A stretch of 60,701 nucleotides of DNA from Candidatus Woesebacteria bacterium GW2011_GWA1_39_21 (GTDB lineage Bacteria > Patescibacteriota > Microgenomatia > UBA8517), in contig LBWP01000018.1 of the NCBI GenBank assembly GCA_000993685.1, positions 1 through 60,701 of the forward strand. The letters run 5' to 3'. The translations under genes and the position numbers were made by a program. Of this stretch, positions 20,202 through 29,843 are shown in pieces. The number at the start of each line of letters is the position of its first letter. Positions within the stretch are counted from its first letter, which is position 1. The notes under the pieces were generated by a model. That model made no database searches. It had not been told where the DNA came from and worked only from the letters and a program-made list of their open reading frames with translations.

Positions 20202-20743
20202 TTAAAATTGACGCTGAAGTCCAAATTTGGGGGAAGCAGCGTTTTATCGTCGAGCGTTGAGTTGTTAACTTCGTTTTGTAAAACACTGATCCCCTCATCT
20301 ATCTTTTTGAAATTTGGATCTTCCGCATATATTGACGGTTTATATTTTTGATACGGAGAATACGACGGGGTTGGCGGTGCAACTAAAACATTAATCGTTC
20401 TAACCGGTGCCTTTCGGATAAATTTAACGTAAAGCGCTGCTCCGATAACAACAACCATAACCAAAACGCCGACAAGTCCGGCAACTTTTTTTGGTGTCAG
20501 GTTCGTGGTCAGATCGCGAATGTCAAATAACTTCTCTGTTTGTTGGCCTTCAAAGGCAGGCGGCTTTGTTCCGGAAACTTTTTCGCCAGCTGGATTGTCA
20601 TTTTTCTTCGGCCCGTTTACAACAAACGAAACTCCTTCATTGACCAAACCTTTAACTGCAACAGAAAGTTTCGGATCAGACTCCTTCGGTATTTCTGGAG
20701 GAACGGGAACGTTATTTTTAACTTCTTGTTTAACTTCAACCAT
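20198..20743 (-). CDS. Hypothetical single-pass membrane protein
   Basis: 181 aa with one TM helix (VAGLVGVLVMVVVIGAALYV) and a Pro-rich tail. Confidence 0.65.
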   Translation of the reverse strand: MVEVKQEVKNNVPVPPEIPKESDPKLSVAVKGLVNEGVSFVVNGPKKNDNPAGEKVSGTKPPAFEGQQTEKLFDIRDLTTNLTPKKVAGLVGVLVMVVVIGAALYVKFIRKAPVRTINVLVAPPTPSYSPYQKYKPSIYAEDPNFKKIDEGISVLQNEVNNSTLDDKTLLPPNLDFSVNFK

Positions 20744-20748
20744 ACATC

Positions 20749-21582
20749 TTAGTTTTCGGAAACTTTTATCTCATTGATAATTTCTTTTGTTTTTATAATC
20801 CTGTCAATAAAAACTGCCATTACCTTGTTCAAAATTGAAACTGACCCGTTGTAAACGTTTAAGCTGTACTTTCCTTGCGCCTTAGCAATTTGCATATCAC
20901 CCTGGCCGAGTAGTTTATTCAATTCTTCCGCTTTCAACCCAATTTCCGAAAACCAGCGGTCAATCGTACTGATTTTTTGATTGCTAAGCTTGTAGGCCTC
21001 TCTGTTTTCATTTTTTATTTTCTCTGTCAGAACGTTAAGATCGTTGTATAGCCCACCATATCTTAATTCATAAGTATCAAACTTTCCCCGCGCGATGTAA
21101 TACAAATTCTCATACAAACCTTTTTGAAAAGCATTGACCCGATCCTCAACCTCTTTGGATTTTGCCGATAATTCGGTAAGGACGTCATCCTCGTAATATT
21201 GGTTTCTGTGGTCAGTTAGCCAATTAATCTCATCATTTAATCTTGATGTATAGTCGCTCTTGTTCTGGTCTGACATTGTGACCAAGCTGTCGTCCATTTT
21301 TGAAATAAGGGAGCGGTAGTAATAAATCAGAACATTATCTCGCGCCACAAGCATTTGTTGCAGGTCCTTCTGCAAATTTTCTTTTGAGGTTAAGGTTCCG
21401 TACTGATCATACTGTTTTTTAGAAAGTACATATTTGTCGTGGAGTGATAGGTATTCGTCATACTTCTGACGGTAATCGTTATAAACTTTTGCGAACTGCT
21501 CGCGCGAGGCATTTTGTGCAGAAACCTGTTGCGCAAAAACAAAATACAAGACAAAGGCAACAAACAAAGTAATTTTTTTCAT
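20749..21582 (-). CDS. Hypothetical secreted coiled-coil protein
   Basis: Signal-peptide-like N-terminus followed by all-helical sequence. Confidence 0.65.
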   Translation of the reverse strand: MKKITLFVAFVLYFVFAQQVSAQNASREQFAKVYNDYRQKYDEYLSLHDKYVLSKKQYDQYGTLTSKENLQKDLQQMLVARDNVLIYYYRSLISKMDDSLVTMSDQNKSDYTSRLNDEINWLTDHRNQYYEDDVLTELSAKSKEVEDRVNAFQKGLYENLYYIARGKFDTYELRYGGLYNDLNVLTEKIKNENREAYKLSNQKISTIDRWFSEIGLKAEELNKLLGQGDMQIAKAQGKYSLNVYNGSVSILNKVMAVFIDRIIKTKEIINEIKVSEN

Positions 21583-21585
21583 ACT

Positions 21586-23595
21586 CTAATACGCAATTCT
21601 TATTTTACCTCCAGTATAGCTCACAACGAAAGAGTTTAATGATTTAATCTGGACTTTATAAAGGTTTCTTCCCTTCCATAGTGGTATCACACCCGTTGTG
21701 ACAATCTGGTATTCAGAATTATTAGTCGTTGCCATCTCGCTTCCATTGACGCCAATTTTATTCGTATCATCCCAAAGACGGACAAACGCTTGTCCGTTCC
21801 CGTGGTCAACTTTCAGAGAAGCTTCCCAAGACACAGTTGCATCTTGGCCGTAGTCGTGAACCAGGTCAATATACGTTGCCGTGTCATCAATCGTATACCA
21901 GTCGGTCGAAGTTGAATCATATGTTGAACCCATCGGAATATAAGTTACCCCAGATTTAACCGAGGTTTGCGTTTTCGCAACTTCACTCTTTTGGATTATT
22001 GGTGTAATACTTGAAATTACTTGTTTAACTTCTTTTTGAATTTCCGCTTTACAAGCGTCTCCACAAGAATCCGGGTTGTTGTTTTGACTCGAGGTTTTTT
22101 CAGACATTACCGGTTGTTTTGGGGAGTCGGCTAATTGTGAAAGTTTGGTTTCAACTCTACCAAGTCTTTCAAAAAAATAAAAAAAGGCCGAAGCGAAAAC
22201 AACAACAGCCACAAGTGAAGTTGAAATAATTGCAAGTTTTTTATTCATGGCAGGAAACATGTCATCAGCTTCTTGGTACTTTCCTTCTTTTCGAAGTTGC
22301 TCCCGCTTTTGTGCCAACTCCAGTATCTGTTGCGGAATCTCAATTTTTTCTGTCGTTACCTCGGCCAGTTTTAGTCCCAAAACCGTGTCAAAATCCAAGA
22401 CCAATTCGTATTTATCGTTTGCCGGGATATTGCTTTTAACCACACTCCATAAAGTCGCCAAAGCTTCAGGGGTGTTCAAATCGTTGCTAAGCGCATCTGA
22501 AAAACTTTTTGTATACTTATCGACTTTTTCCAGCTTACCTTCAGAAAGCGATGTTCTTTCGCGATTTGTCCGCAAATTCGAAATAATGCTTCTTAAATTG
22601 TTAAGTGCGGCCGTCGCAGAATCCAAAGCCTCGTAAGAAAAATTCAAACCTTTTCGGTAGTGTGAGTTCAAAATTAAATAGCGAAAAGCCATTGGATCGT
22701 AACCCTTTTCGACCAGCTCCGAAACGGTCACGATATTGCCAAGACTTTTACTTAATTTCTCACCTTTTTTACCCAACAACCAGGCATTATGAAGCCAAAA
22801 GTTGGCCGTGCTTTTCCCAAACGCAGCATACCCCTGTGCAATTTCGTTAGTATGATGAATTCCAATATGTTCAATTCCACCTGTATGAATATCAAAATTA
22901 CTGCCAAGAAATTTTGTCGACATCGCGGTACATTCAATATGCCAACCCGGATAACCAGCTCCCCAAGGGCTGTCCCATTTCATAATATGCTCGGGATGAC
23001 CTGTCACCCATAAAAAGAAATCCCAGGGGTTTTTCTTTTCGGGATCATCGGCAACGTCCTCACGCTTAACCTGCTTTTTCAAGTCCAATTTAGCAAACTT
23101 GGCATAATCTTTAAATTTTGAAGTATCGAAGACCAAACCCGTCTTTGTTTTATAGGCGAAACCTTTTTCTTCAATTTTTTTGATCAGATCAATCTGCGCA
23201 TCAATGTTGTCGGTTGCTCGGCACAAAACATCGGGTCGTTTAATATTTAATTTATCAATGCTATCCAAAAACTGCGCGGTATACTTGTCAGCAATATGCC
23301 AAACCGAAATCCCCTCGACCTTCGCCCGTTTTTCCATCCGATCCTCGCCAGTATCGGCTGCCCCAAGATTGTCACCGGTCATGTGACCGACATCGGTAAT
23401 ATTCATTACCCATTTCACTTGATACCCAAGGTGGCGCAAACCGCGCACGAGTAGATCCCATTGAACAAAGGCGTACATATTACCAATATGTTGATTCCAA
23501 TAAACCGTCGGCCCACAAGAGTAAACTCCAGCACTCGCCGGCTTGATTGGCTCAAATTCTTCAAGTTTTCGATTCAGAGTGTTATAAAGCTTCAT
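21586..23595 (-). CDS. cysS: Cysteinyl-tRNA synthetase (22261-23595, 3'-truncated) fused in frame to a membrane-anchored hypothetical protein (21586-22260)
   Basis: YSCGPTVY, HIGN, PGWHIEC, DIHTGGIEH, KLSKSLGN. After KYQEADD the sequence switches to MFPAMNKKLAIIS plus a TM helix. Confidence 0.9.
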   Translation of the reverse strand: MKLYNTLNRKLEEFEPIKPASAGVYSCGPTVYWNQHIGNMYAFVQWDLLVRGLRHLGYQVKWVMNITDVGHMTGDNLGAADTGEDRMEKRAKVEGISVWHIADKYTAQFLDSIDKLNIKRPDVLCRATDNIDAQIDLIKKIEEKGFAYKTKTGLVFDTSKFKDYAKFAKLDLKKQVKREDVADDPEKKNPWDFFLWVTGHPEHIMKWDSPWGAGYPGWHIECTAMSTKFLGSNFDIHTGGIEHIGIHHTNEIAQGYAAFGKSTANFWLHNAWLLGKKGEKLSKSLGNIVTVSELVEKGYDPMAFRYLILNSHYRKGLNFSYEALDSATAALNNLRSIISNLRTNRERTSLSEGKLEKVDKYTKSFSDALSNDLNTPEALATLWSVVKSNIPANDKYELVLDFDTVLGLKLAEVTTEKIEIPQQILELAQKREQLRKEGKYQEADDMFPAMNKKLAIISTSLVAVVVFASAFFYFFERLGRVETKLSQLADSPKQPVMSEKTSSQNNNPDSCGDACKAEIQKEVKQVISSITPIIQKSEVAKTQTSVKSGVTYIPMGSTYDSTSTDWYTIDDTATYIDLVHDYGQDATVSWEASLKVDHGNGQAFVRLWDDTNKIGVNGSEMATTNNSEYQIVTTGVIPLWKGRNLYKVQIKSLNSFVVSYTGGKIRIAY

Positions 23596-24317
23596 ATTTT
23601 AAAATCAATATACTTGTACGGATACTGCCGCCCCAGCTCAACTCTATGATACCATTCTTTTTTGACAATTAGCATTCCAAGAACTATCGCAAAAAGATTT
23701 TCATATCTTTGACTTCTGTGCGACAATATTGCTCTGAATTTCGTGATTACCTCAAGCAATGTCAGCTTTAGTTCGTAATCAGCATCAACTAAATAGTTTC
23801 GGACTTCACCAGGCACAAAATGCCGTGCAATTTGCGGATAGAAGGTTGTCCACACCAAAACCGGTCTTGATTTTTGGTCTAATTTGGAAACGATTTCTTT
23901 AACTTTCAGACAGAGTTTGATGTGGTCCGGATGACCCGTAGCGCCACTTGGATCATAAGTCACAACAACTGCCGGTTTAATTTTCAACAGACACTTTTCA
24001 ACAACTTTGCACCAACCGTTTCTTGACTTTAATTTCCCGTCATCAAAATCTGTAAGGATCAAATTATCTACACCCAAAATTCGCGTAGATTGCAAAAGCT
24101 CCTCACTTCTAATTTCTTTAAGCGATTTACCTTTGGGATTAATACTAATTCGTCCGGCTCCTCCTCTTGTTAAAGTCAAAAGGTGTGTTTCAAATCCCAA
24201 TTTCTTGGCTTTAAGTAAAAGCCCACCCGTTGCAAAACTTTCATCATCGGGATGAGGAAAAACCACCAATAGTTTTTTATTTTCCGCTTTTTTTAAAATC
24301 GAGCAAATATTTTTCAT
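23592..24317 (-). CDS. PIG-L/LmbE-family N-acetylglucosaminyl deacetylase
   Basis: VFPHPDDESF, IRSEEL, YDPSGATGHPDH, HRSQ. Confidence 0.88.
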   Translation of the reverse strand: MKNICSILKKAENKKLLVVFPHPDDESFATGGLLLKAKKLGFETHLLTLTRGGAGRISINPKGKSLKEIRSEELLQSTRILGVDNLILTDFDDGKLKSRNGWCKVVEKCLLKIKPAVVVTYDPSGATGHPDHIKLCLKVKEIVSKLDQKSRPVLVWTTFYPQIARHFVPGEVRNYLVDADYELKLTLLEVITKFRAILSHRSQRYENLFAIVLGMLIVKKEWYHRVELGRQYPYKYIDFKI

Positions 24318-24328
24318 CTTCAGTAACG

Positions 24329-24350
24329 AAAAAACCCAGCGGAAGCTGGG
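24329..24350 (-). terminator. Intrinsic terminator-like hairpin
   Basis: Minus strand CCCAGC-TTCC-GCTGGG followed by TTTTTT. Confidence 0.5.
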
Positions 24351-24488
24351 TGAATTTCGTCAAGTTAAACCAAAACCTAATGGTCTAACTCGACGGGCAA
24401 AAACAACAAGAAAAATTTATTGTCATAACTTTGACGTCATTCTAACGAATAATTTTTACAATTTCAACTATTTCCTTCTAGCGGTAAC

Positions 24489-24944
24489 CTACTGCTTACT
24501 TTTTCTGATCTCTGGTCCCGTTTCGCCCTTGGCTGTTCCCGGCCTTCCGCGCATCTGACCCATCTTTGGTTTTGAGGTTAAAGGAATAACAGGTTTTTCT
24601 TCCAAACTCTCACCAGGACCAACAATTTTAAACTGACGCTCAACCTCTTCATTCCAAACCCTTCTTTTTTCCTGATCTTCAGTCTGTACTTTTTTCAGTT
24701 CCTCGTTCAGCTGCTCTTGTGTTTGAATAAACTTTCGTTGTCTATCAATTTTGTTCTGTTTTTCAATTTCCTCACTTTCTGTTTTTTGCTGCATCGCCTC
24801 GGCGATCGGATCCGGTTGGCTGGAGTCCACATTTGCGCTAATTTGTGCTGCGGCACTTTCACCAAACTTTTCCACTTCCTCAAATGCCGACCCAACGACT
24901 CGGTTTACAAGATGATCTTTTTTTTGTTTGTGTTTGATATCCAT
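24489..24944 (-). CDS. Hypothetical protein, Q/E/K-rich
   Basis: 151 aa ORF co-oriented downstream of recR. Confidence 0.6.
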   Translation of the reverse strand: MDIKHKQKKDHLVNRVVGSAFEEVEKFGESAAAQISANVDSSQPDPIAEAMQQKTESEEIEKQNKIDRQRKFIQTQEQLNEELKKVQTEDQEKRRVWNEEVERQFKIVGPGESLEEKPVIPLTSKPKMGQMRGRPGTAKGETGPEIRKSKQ

Positions 24945-25004
24945 TTTGAACTTCGCTTGCCCCGTTAGAAGTCTTTAAACTTTCTAATGGGGGTTTTGAT
25001 TTTT

Positions 25005-25616
25005 CTATTGCATTTCCCTTCTTCCTAAAATTGCTTCGTTGAGTGTCGTCTCGTCCGCATATTCCAAATCCGCTCCTGTTGGAATTCCCATTCCAAGCCT
25101 GCTAATTTTGAGTTTTGAATTTTGAGTTTTGAGTTTGGCGCTAATATACATTGCTGTCGCATCACCTTCCATTGTCGGGTTCATTGCCAAAATAATCTCT
25201 TTAATTTCCCCATCATGACTTTTAAGACGGCTAAAGAGCTCACCGATAAAAATTTCATCCGGACCAATATTTTCCAAAGGATTTATCACCCCATGAAGAA
25301 CATGATACAAGCCCCGGTATTTGCCGGAACGTTCGAACGCCAATAGATCAATCGGCTGCTCAATTACCATTACAAGCGATATGTCTCTTTGCGTATCTAA
25401 ACAAACCGGACAAGGATCAGACTCGGTGACGTTTCTACAAACCGAACATAAAACCGTATTCTTTTTAAGATTTGTTAAACTTTCTGCAAATGAATCAAGT
25501 TCCGTTTGTGGAACGTGCAAGAGGTAAAACGCAAGCCGTTGTGCGCTTTTCGGTCCAATTCCCGGGAGCTTTTGAAAAGAGTCGATCAAATCAGTTACAG
25601 CTTTAGGTATTTTCAT
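25005..25616 (-). CDS. recR: Recombination mediator RecR
   Basis: LPGIGPKSAQRLA, CSVC...CPVC, YHVLHGVI, Toprim EIILAMNPTMEGDAT, LEYADETTL. Confidence 0.96.
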   Translation of the reverse strand: MKIPKAVTDLIDSFQKLPGIGPKSAQRLAFYLLHVPQTELDSFAESLTNLKKNTVLCSVCRNVTESDPCPVCLDTQRDISLVMVIEQPIDLLAFERSGKYRGLYHVLHGVINPLENIGPDEIFIGELFSRLKSHDGEIKEIILAMNPTMEGDATAMYISAKLKTQNSKLKISRLGMGIPTGADLEYADETTLNEAILGRREMQ

Positions 25617-25660
25617 ACTTATTGATTTTATTGCATGTTTAGTATATATTCCAGAACAAG

Positions 25661-25993
25661 ATGGAACTCCAACCATTAGACGATACGAAAGAACGACGGT
25701 TTACTTTAGTTGGACCGTCCTGCGTTTCCTGTACTCATGAATGCTGTACTCCAACAAGTGGCTTCGACAATTATGTCATAAATAGCTTTTTTCTAGTTAA
25801 AGGCAAAAATATGCTCCTGCCGCTTTGCATGCATCCATTTGCTCCAATTAGAAGTGAGAAACAACTTGCGCGGGGTAATACTCCAGTAAGCAGTTGCAGA
25901 GTCTGTCTTGTCAAACAGCCAAACTTCGATCAAGATGCTGTTCTTACAGACACAACCGTCGAAAATTTGCAAGCAAATTCCAAAACAAGCTAA
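25661..25993 (+). CDS. Hypothetical Cys-rich protein
   Basis: 110 aa ORF filling the ybaB-recR gap on the opposite strand; CVSC...CC...C...CRVC. Confidence 0.45.
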   Translation: MELQPLDDTKERRFTLVGPSCVSCTHECCTPTSGFDNYVINSFFLVKGKNMLLPLCMHPFAPIRSEKQLARGNTPVSSCRVCLVKQPNFDQDAVLTDTTVENLQANSKTS

Positions 25994-26055
25994 AAGACAG
26001 TTAGCAAAAAATAAAAATGAACGAGCATTATCCGAGTGTAAATTTCAATAGACGG

Positions 26056-26346
26056 TTACATTCCGCCCATTCCCCCAAGAAGTCCTGATAATCCTCCGCC
26101 CTCTTCCATCATTTTCTTTGCGGATTCTTTTTGGATCTCTTTTGAAGCTTTATTGATAAGATCAACAACATCTCTTCTTTCCTGACCATCAATTTCCAAC
26201 TTTATCACTTCCTGAGCCCCGTTAACGACAACTTTACATCCATCCTTTTCTTCACTGTGAGTAATTGCCTCAAGCTTTTTTTTAAGCTGCATTGCTTGGG
26301 AACGCATCTTCATCAAGTTTTGCGCCTGTTTAAATTTGTCAAACAT
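26056..26346 (-). CDS. ybaB: YbaB/EbfC nucleoid-associated protein
   Basis: QAMQLKKKLE...KVVVNGAQEVIKLEID; located between dnaX and recR. Confidence 0.88.
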   Translation of the reverse strand: MFDKFKQAQNLMKMRSQAMQLKKKLEAITHSEEKDGCKVVVNGAQEVIKLEIDGQERRDVVDLINKASKEIQKESAKKMMEEGGGLSGLLGGMGGM

Positions 26347-26414
26347 TGTCAGTAAATTATATCAATTATTGCGACTATCACAAGCACAACAATTAGTAAA
26401 AACCGTTTCCGCCA

Positions 26415-28001
26415 TCAACCAAAAACCTCATCGACCAGCTTTGCAAGATCGGGGTCCTCGGTTTCCGACAAAAGAACCTGTGTACCCGCGCCATTTTGCT
26501 TCGCTTCTCCATCTGTCGCGTCATGTACACCATTAGTAGATTTAGTTTCGTTAACACTCTCAGGTTGAGTCAAAAAACACTCGACTTTAACCGTACTTCC
26601 GGTTACATCCTGCAAACAATCCTCAAGACAAATGTTGTGAGGAACTGATTCCAGTTTTTCTTTATGAAATTTATAAAAGACACCCAAAGACAATGTCTTA
26701 CCATCAAAATTCAGCGGCTTCGAAGCCCTAAGAAGCGCTTCGGTTGAAGCATTTTTAGCTCTGATAACCTGTAACACCTGTTTCCAAACTTCCTCAGAAA
26801 TATTCTCTCCGTTAACTAGCGGGGGGGTTAAGCCATCTGTTTGATAATTAGCGTCAGCGCCGTTTCCACTGTCGTGATTTAACTTTGCATTCTCGTCAAC
26901 AGCGGACCGGGGTCTTTCATTTTTTTTAATCGGAGCCTTTTTATCTTCTTCCCCTCCAATTTCTGAATCGCACCATGCTGCGACGGAAAGATAAAACGGC
27001 ATATAATCGGAAACGTCATTTTGATATTTACCCCAAAATGTTATAAAAATATCGGAAAGGGCAAGTACACTTTGCTTTTCAAATTTGTTAGAAGGATCCT
27101 TTATAAAATCGGAAACGGAAAAAAGCAGATCTTTAAGTTTTGTAACAACCTGCTTGTAGACCACTTTTGCAGGCACACCAGACTTCTCTGCAACATCCAA
27201 AGTCTCAATACACCCCTGAAAATCCTTTTTATAAATTCTTTCGAAAAACTCGTCAATGTTAAAATCAGACTTACTAAAAAGATAATTTTGCGCTTTCTCC
27301 AAGTTATCCAATAGACCTTTAATCGAAACCTCCTCGAGAATTTTTTTGGCATCCCGGAAAGACCCATCGACATTTTGTGCTATCAACTCCAACACCTCGT
27401 TTTTGTACGCAAGTTTCTCTTTAGTAACAACATTGGTCAGTGACTTCACGATTTCGGCAACTGTCGCCTTATTAAAATTTATCCTTACCGTACGCGACTT
27501 GATCGTGTCGATTAGCTTTTCCGGATTTGTCGTTGCCAGAATAAAGACAACATGGCCAGGAGGCTCTTCCAAAGTCTTTAAAAGCGCATTTGAAGCTTCG
27601 GTAGTCAACATGTGAGCCTCGTCGATAACATAAACCTTCTTTTTGGCACTTGATGGAGACAGTTTTACTGAGTCGCGAACCAGTCTGATGTCGTCAATTC
27701 CCCTATGCGACGCCGCGTCCATTTCAATCACATCAATGTTGGTTCCTTTTGTAATCGAAACACACTGCTCGCACTCGTTGCACGGCTCGCCATCTTTTGA
27801 AAGATTGGTACAATTTAAAACCTTCGCAATAATTCGAGCCGCTGAAGTTTTACCGGACCCGCGTGGACCCTCAAATAAAAACGCGTGAGGGATCTTTCCC
27901 GAAGAAACAATTTTTGAAAGCAGATCGCGGACATCCGACAAATCAAGTTCGCTAATTTTTTGCGGGCGGTATTTTAGATACAAAGTTGTCATAAATTCCA
28001 A
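26415..28001 (-). CDS. dnaX: DNA polymerase III subunit gamma/tau
   Basis: LYLKYRPQ, GPRGSGKTS, PCNECEQC, IDEAHML, FILATT. Confidence 0.96.
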   Translation of the reverse strand: MEFMTTLYLKYRPQKISELDLSDVRDLLSKIVSSGKIPHAFLFEGPRGSGKTSAARIIAKVLNCTNLSKDGEPCNECEQCVSITKGTNIDVIEMDAASHRGIDDIRLVRDSVKLSPSSAKKKVYVIDEAHMLTTEASNALLKTLEEPPGHVVFILATTNPEKLIDTIKSRTVRINFNKATVAEIVKSLTNVVTKEKLAYKNEVLELIAQNVDGSFRDAKKILEEVSIKGLLDNLEKAQNYLFSKSDFNIDEFFERIYKKDFQGCIETLDVAEKSGVPAKVVYKQVVTKLKDLLFSVSDFIKDPSNKFEKQSVLALSDIFITFWGKYQNDVSDYMPFYLSVAAWCDSEIGGEEDKKAPIKKNERPRSAVDENAKLNHDSGNGADANYQTDGLTPPLVNGENISEEVWKQVLQVIRAKNASTEALLRASKPLNFDGKTLSLGVFYKFHKEKLESVPHNICLEDCLQDVTGSTVKVECFLTQPESVNETKSTNGVHDATDGEAKQNGAGTQVLLSETEDPDLAKLVDEVFG

Positions 28002-28038
28002 TTGCAGCTATTTGAAAAACCTTGCGACATAAAAACGC

Positions 28039-28428
28039 TCACTCGTGATGTTTTCCTAACAAATGATAAGCCCCGTGAATTAGAAGTTCAATGACTTTTT
28101 CTTCAACTAAAATACCTTCTATACTTGCATCGGCTGCGGCAATGGGATAACAAACAGCAATATCACCCAAGTGCAAAATCTTATCTGGTGGCTCGACAAA
28201 AGGTTGTTTGGCCTCCGCTGTTACAAAAGAAAGAACATTGTGGACCGAGTCTTTTTTGGATAAATACTTCCTGCCCAGATCCATCATCTCATTTTTGTTA
28301 ACAATCAAAATATGAACATCAGATTCGGAAACAATCCCCTGGGAGGCAAAAAAGTCCGCCAACGTCTTTTTTAACTTCGGTGACGAAATTGGGTAACTCC
28401 CTTGTTTTTTAACGTACACTTTAATCAT
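28039..28428 (-). CDS. ybeY: rRNA maturation endonuclease YbeY
   Basis: NVLSF, LGDIAVC, HGAYHLLGKHH metal-binding motif. Confidence 0.88.
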   Translation of the reverse strand: MIKVYVKKQGSYPISSPKLKKTLADFFASQGIVSESDVHILIVNKNEMMDLGRKYLSKKDSVHNVLSFVTAEAKQPFVEPPDKILHLGDIAVCYPIAAADASIEGILVEEKVIELLIHGAYHLLGKHHE

Positions 28429-28509
28429 ATTTAATCCGCAGCTTGTCTAAACCGTTTTTTCAAAAGACGACACAATTGTCACACATCTTTTCACCAACAA
28501 GACAAACCG

Positions 28510-28968
28510 TTACTGAAGTTTCGATTTAACAATTTCCGCAATTCTGGCTCCGTCGGCAGCACCCCCCACCTTTGATTTGACTAGCGCAATTACCTTCCCC
28601 ATATCTTTCATCTCTTTGGCTTGAGTTTCCGTCATCACATTATCAATAATTTCATTCAACTTTCCTTCATCAATTTCAGCCGGCAGGTATTCGCTTAAAA
28701 TTTTTATCTCGCTTTGCTCCTTATCAATTTTTTCCTGAACATGAACGGGGTCGTTTTTAATAAGGGATTTGTAAGTTTCAACTGTATCTTTTCGTTTTTT
28801 TACTTCCCGGCGAACAACGGCAATTTCCTCATCCTGGTTAAGCTCGTGCTGCTTTGCAATAAACTCGTAGTTAAGGGCGCTTAAAAGCATCCGGAGTGTA
28901 GTTAAACGAAGTTCATCATGTGCTTTGAGAGCTTCCCCAATTTGTTTTGTAAGCGAGTCTTTGATCAT
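28510..28968 (-). CDS. yqeY: GatB/YqeY domain protein
   Basis: ALKAHDELRLTTLRML, EYLPAEI, DMGKVI...ADG. Confidence 0.9.
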   Translation of the reverse strand: MIKDSLTKQIGEALKAHDELRLTTLRMLLSALNYEFIAKQHELNQDEEIAVVRREVKKRKDTVETYKSLIKNDPVHVQEKIDKEQSEIKILSEYLPAEIDEGKLNEIIDNVMTETQAKEMKDMGKVIALVKSKVGGAADGARIAEIVKSKLQ

Positions 28969-29444
28969 TTTTTCCGTGTTACACTTTTTCTAATCTTTTC
29001 CGCTAGTTTGGAAAGTTTTTCATCATTGGCACGTTTTGAATTGTGTGAAGATAAATAACCTGGGTATTTATCGAAATATACTTCGGGCATATTACTTTCA
29101 ATAGGTTTCCACTTAGCCATGTCTGCCGTACCATGCATCGGGAAAAGTTTTGAGTGAATATGGTCCACTCCAAATCCTTCAAAAAACATTCCGCAACGAC
29201 CAACATCCGTAAAGTAATTATCCAAAACCTTTGCCGTTTTTTTCGAAGCAATTACTAAATCGGTTAAAACCTTGTCGCTGTTTTCAAAAGGGTATGAAGG
29301 CAGATGTTTTTTTGTAGCAACTACTGTAAAGCCTTCTGTATTTGGAAAGATCGACAAAAAAGCGATATGCTTTTCATCTTCCCACACTTTATGACATGGA
29401 ATTTTTCCTTTGACAATTTTGCAAAAAACGCAATTTTTGTCCAT
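28965..29444 (-). CDS. HIT family nucleotide hydrolase
   Basis: CVFCKI, IFPNTEG, FEGFGVDHIHSKLFP. Confidence 0.88.
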   Translation of the reverse strand: MDKNCVFCKIVKGKIPCHKVWEDEKHIAFLSIFPNTEGFTVVATKKHLPSYPFENSDKVLTDLVIASKKTAKVLDNYFTDVGRCGMFFEGFGVDHIHSKLFPMHGTADMAKWKPIESNMPEVYFDKYPGYLSSHNSKRANDEKLSKLAEKIRKSVTRKK

Positions 29445-29467
29445 TGTATGGAGAGTTTACCACAAAT

Positions 29468-29797
29468 TTATATCGCCCGGTCACTGGTAATACCGGCAAG
29501 CATGTGGATCACCATATGCGGGATCATCGCGGCATCACCGGCATTGGTGGTAATTCTGAAGCCGGATAGTTTTCGTTCGCTTGCAATTTCTGTCACGACT
29601 TTTCTTATATCGTCCCATAAGTAAGGTTCCGCGTCACGGATGTCTCTAATGTGTTGTTTGGGAATAATCAAAAGGTGTATCGGAGCAATTGGCCTGACAT
29701 CCTGAACGACGACAACGCGGTCAGTTACCTTTTCGATACTTGTTTGATCCTGACCCTTAACGATTCTGCAAAAGATGCAATCATCTGTGTCTGCCAT
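29468..29797 (-). CDS. HIT family protein, HinT-like
   Basis: DCIFCRI, DVRPIAPIHLLIIPKQH, MIPHMVIHML (variant of HxHxH). Confidence 0.88.
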   Translation of the reverse strand: MADTDDCIFCRIVKGQDQTSIEKVTDRVVVVQDVRPIAPIHLLIIPKQHIRDIRDAEPYLWDDIRKVVTEIASERKLSGFRITTNAGDAAMIPHMVIHMLAGITSDRAI

Positions 29798-29843
29798 CTT
29801 GGATAAGTATAAATTTATCAAAATTGAAGAACAAGAGGAGAAA

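Noticed and set aside
24318-24488. T-box leader for the operon containing cysS
   Set aside because: A terminator hairpin is present, but no GGTGGNACC T-box or specifier stem.
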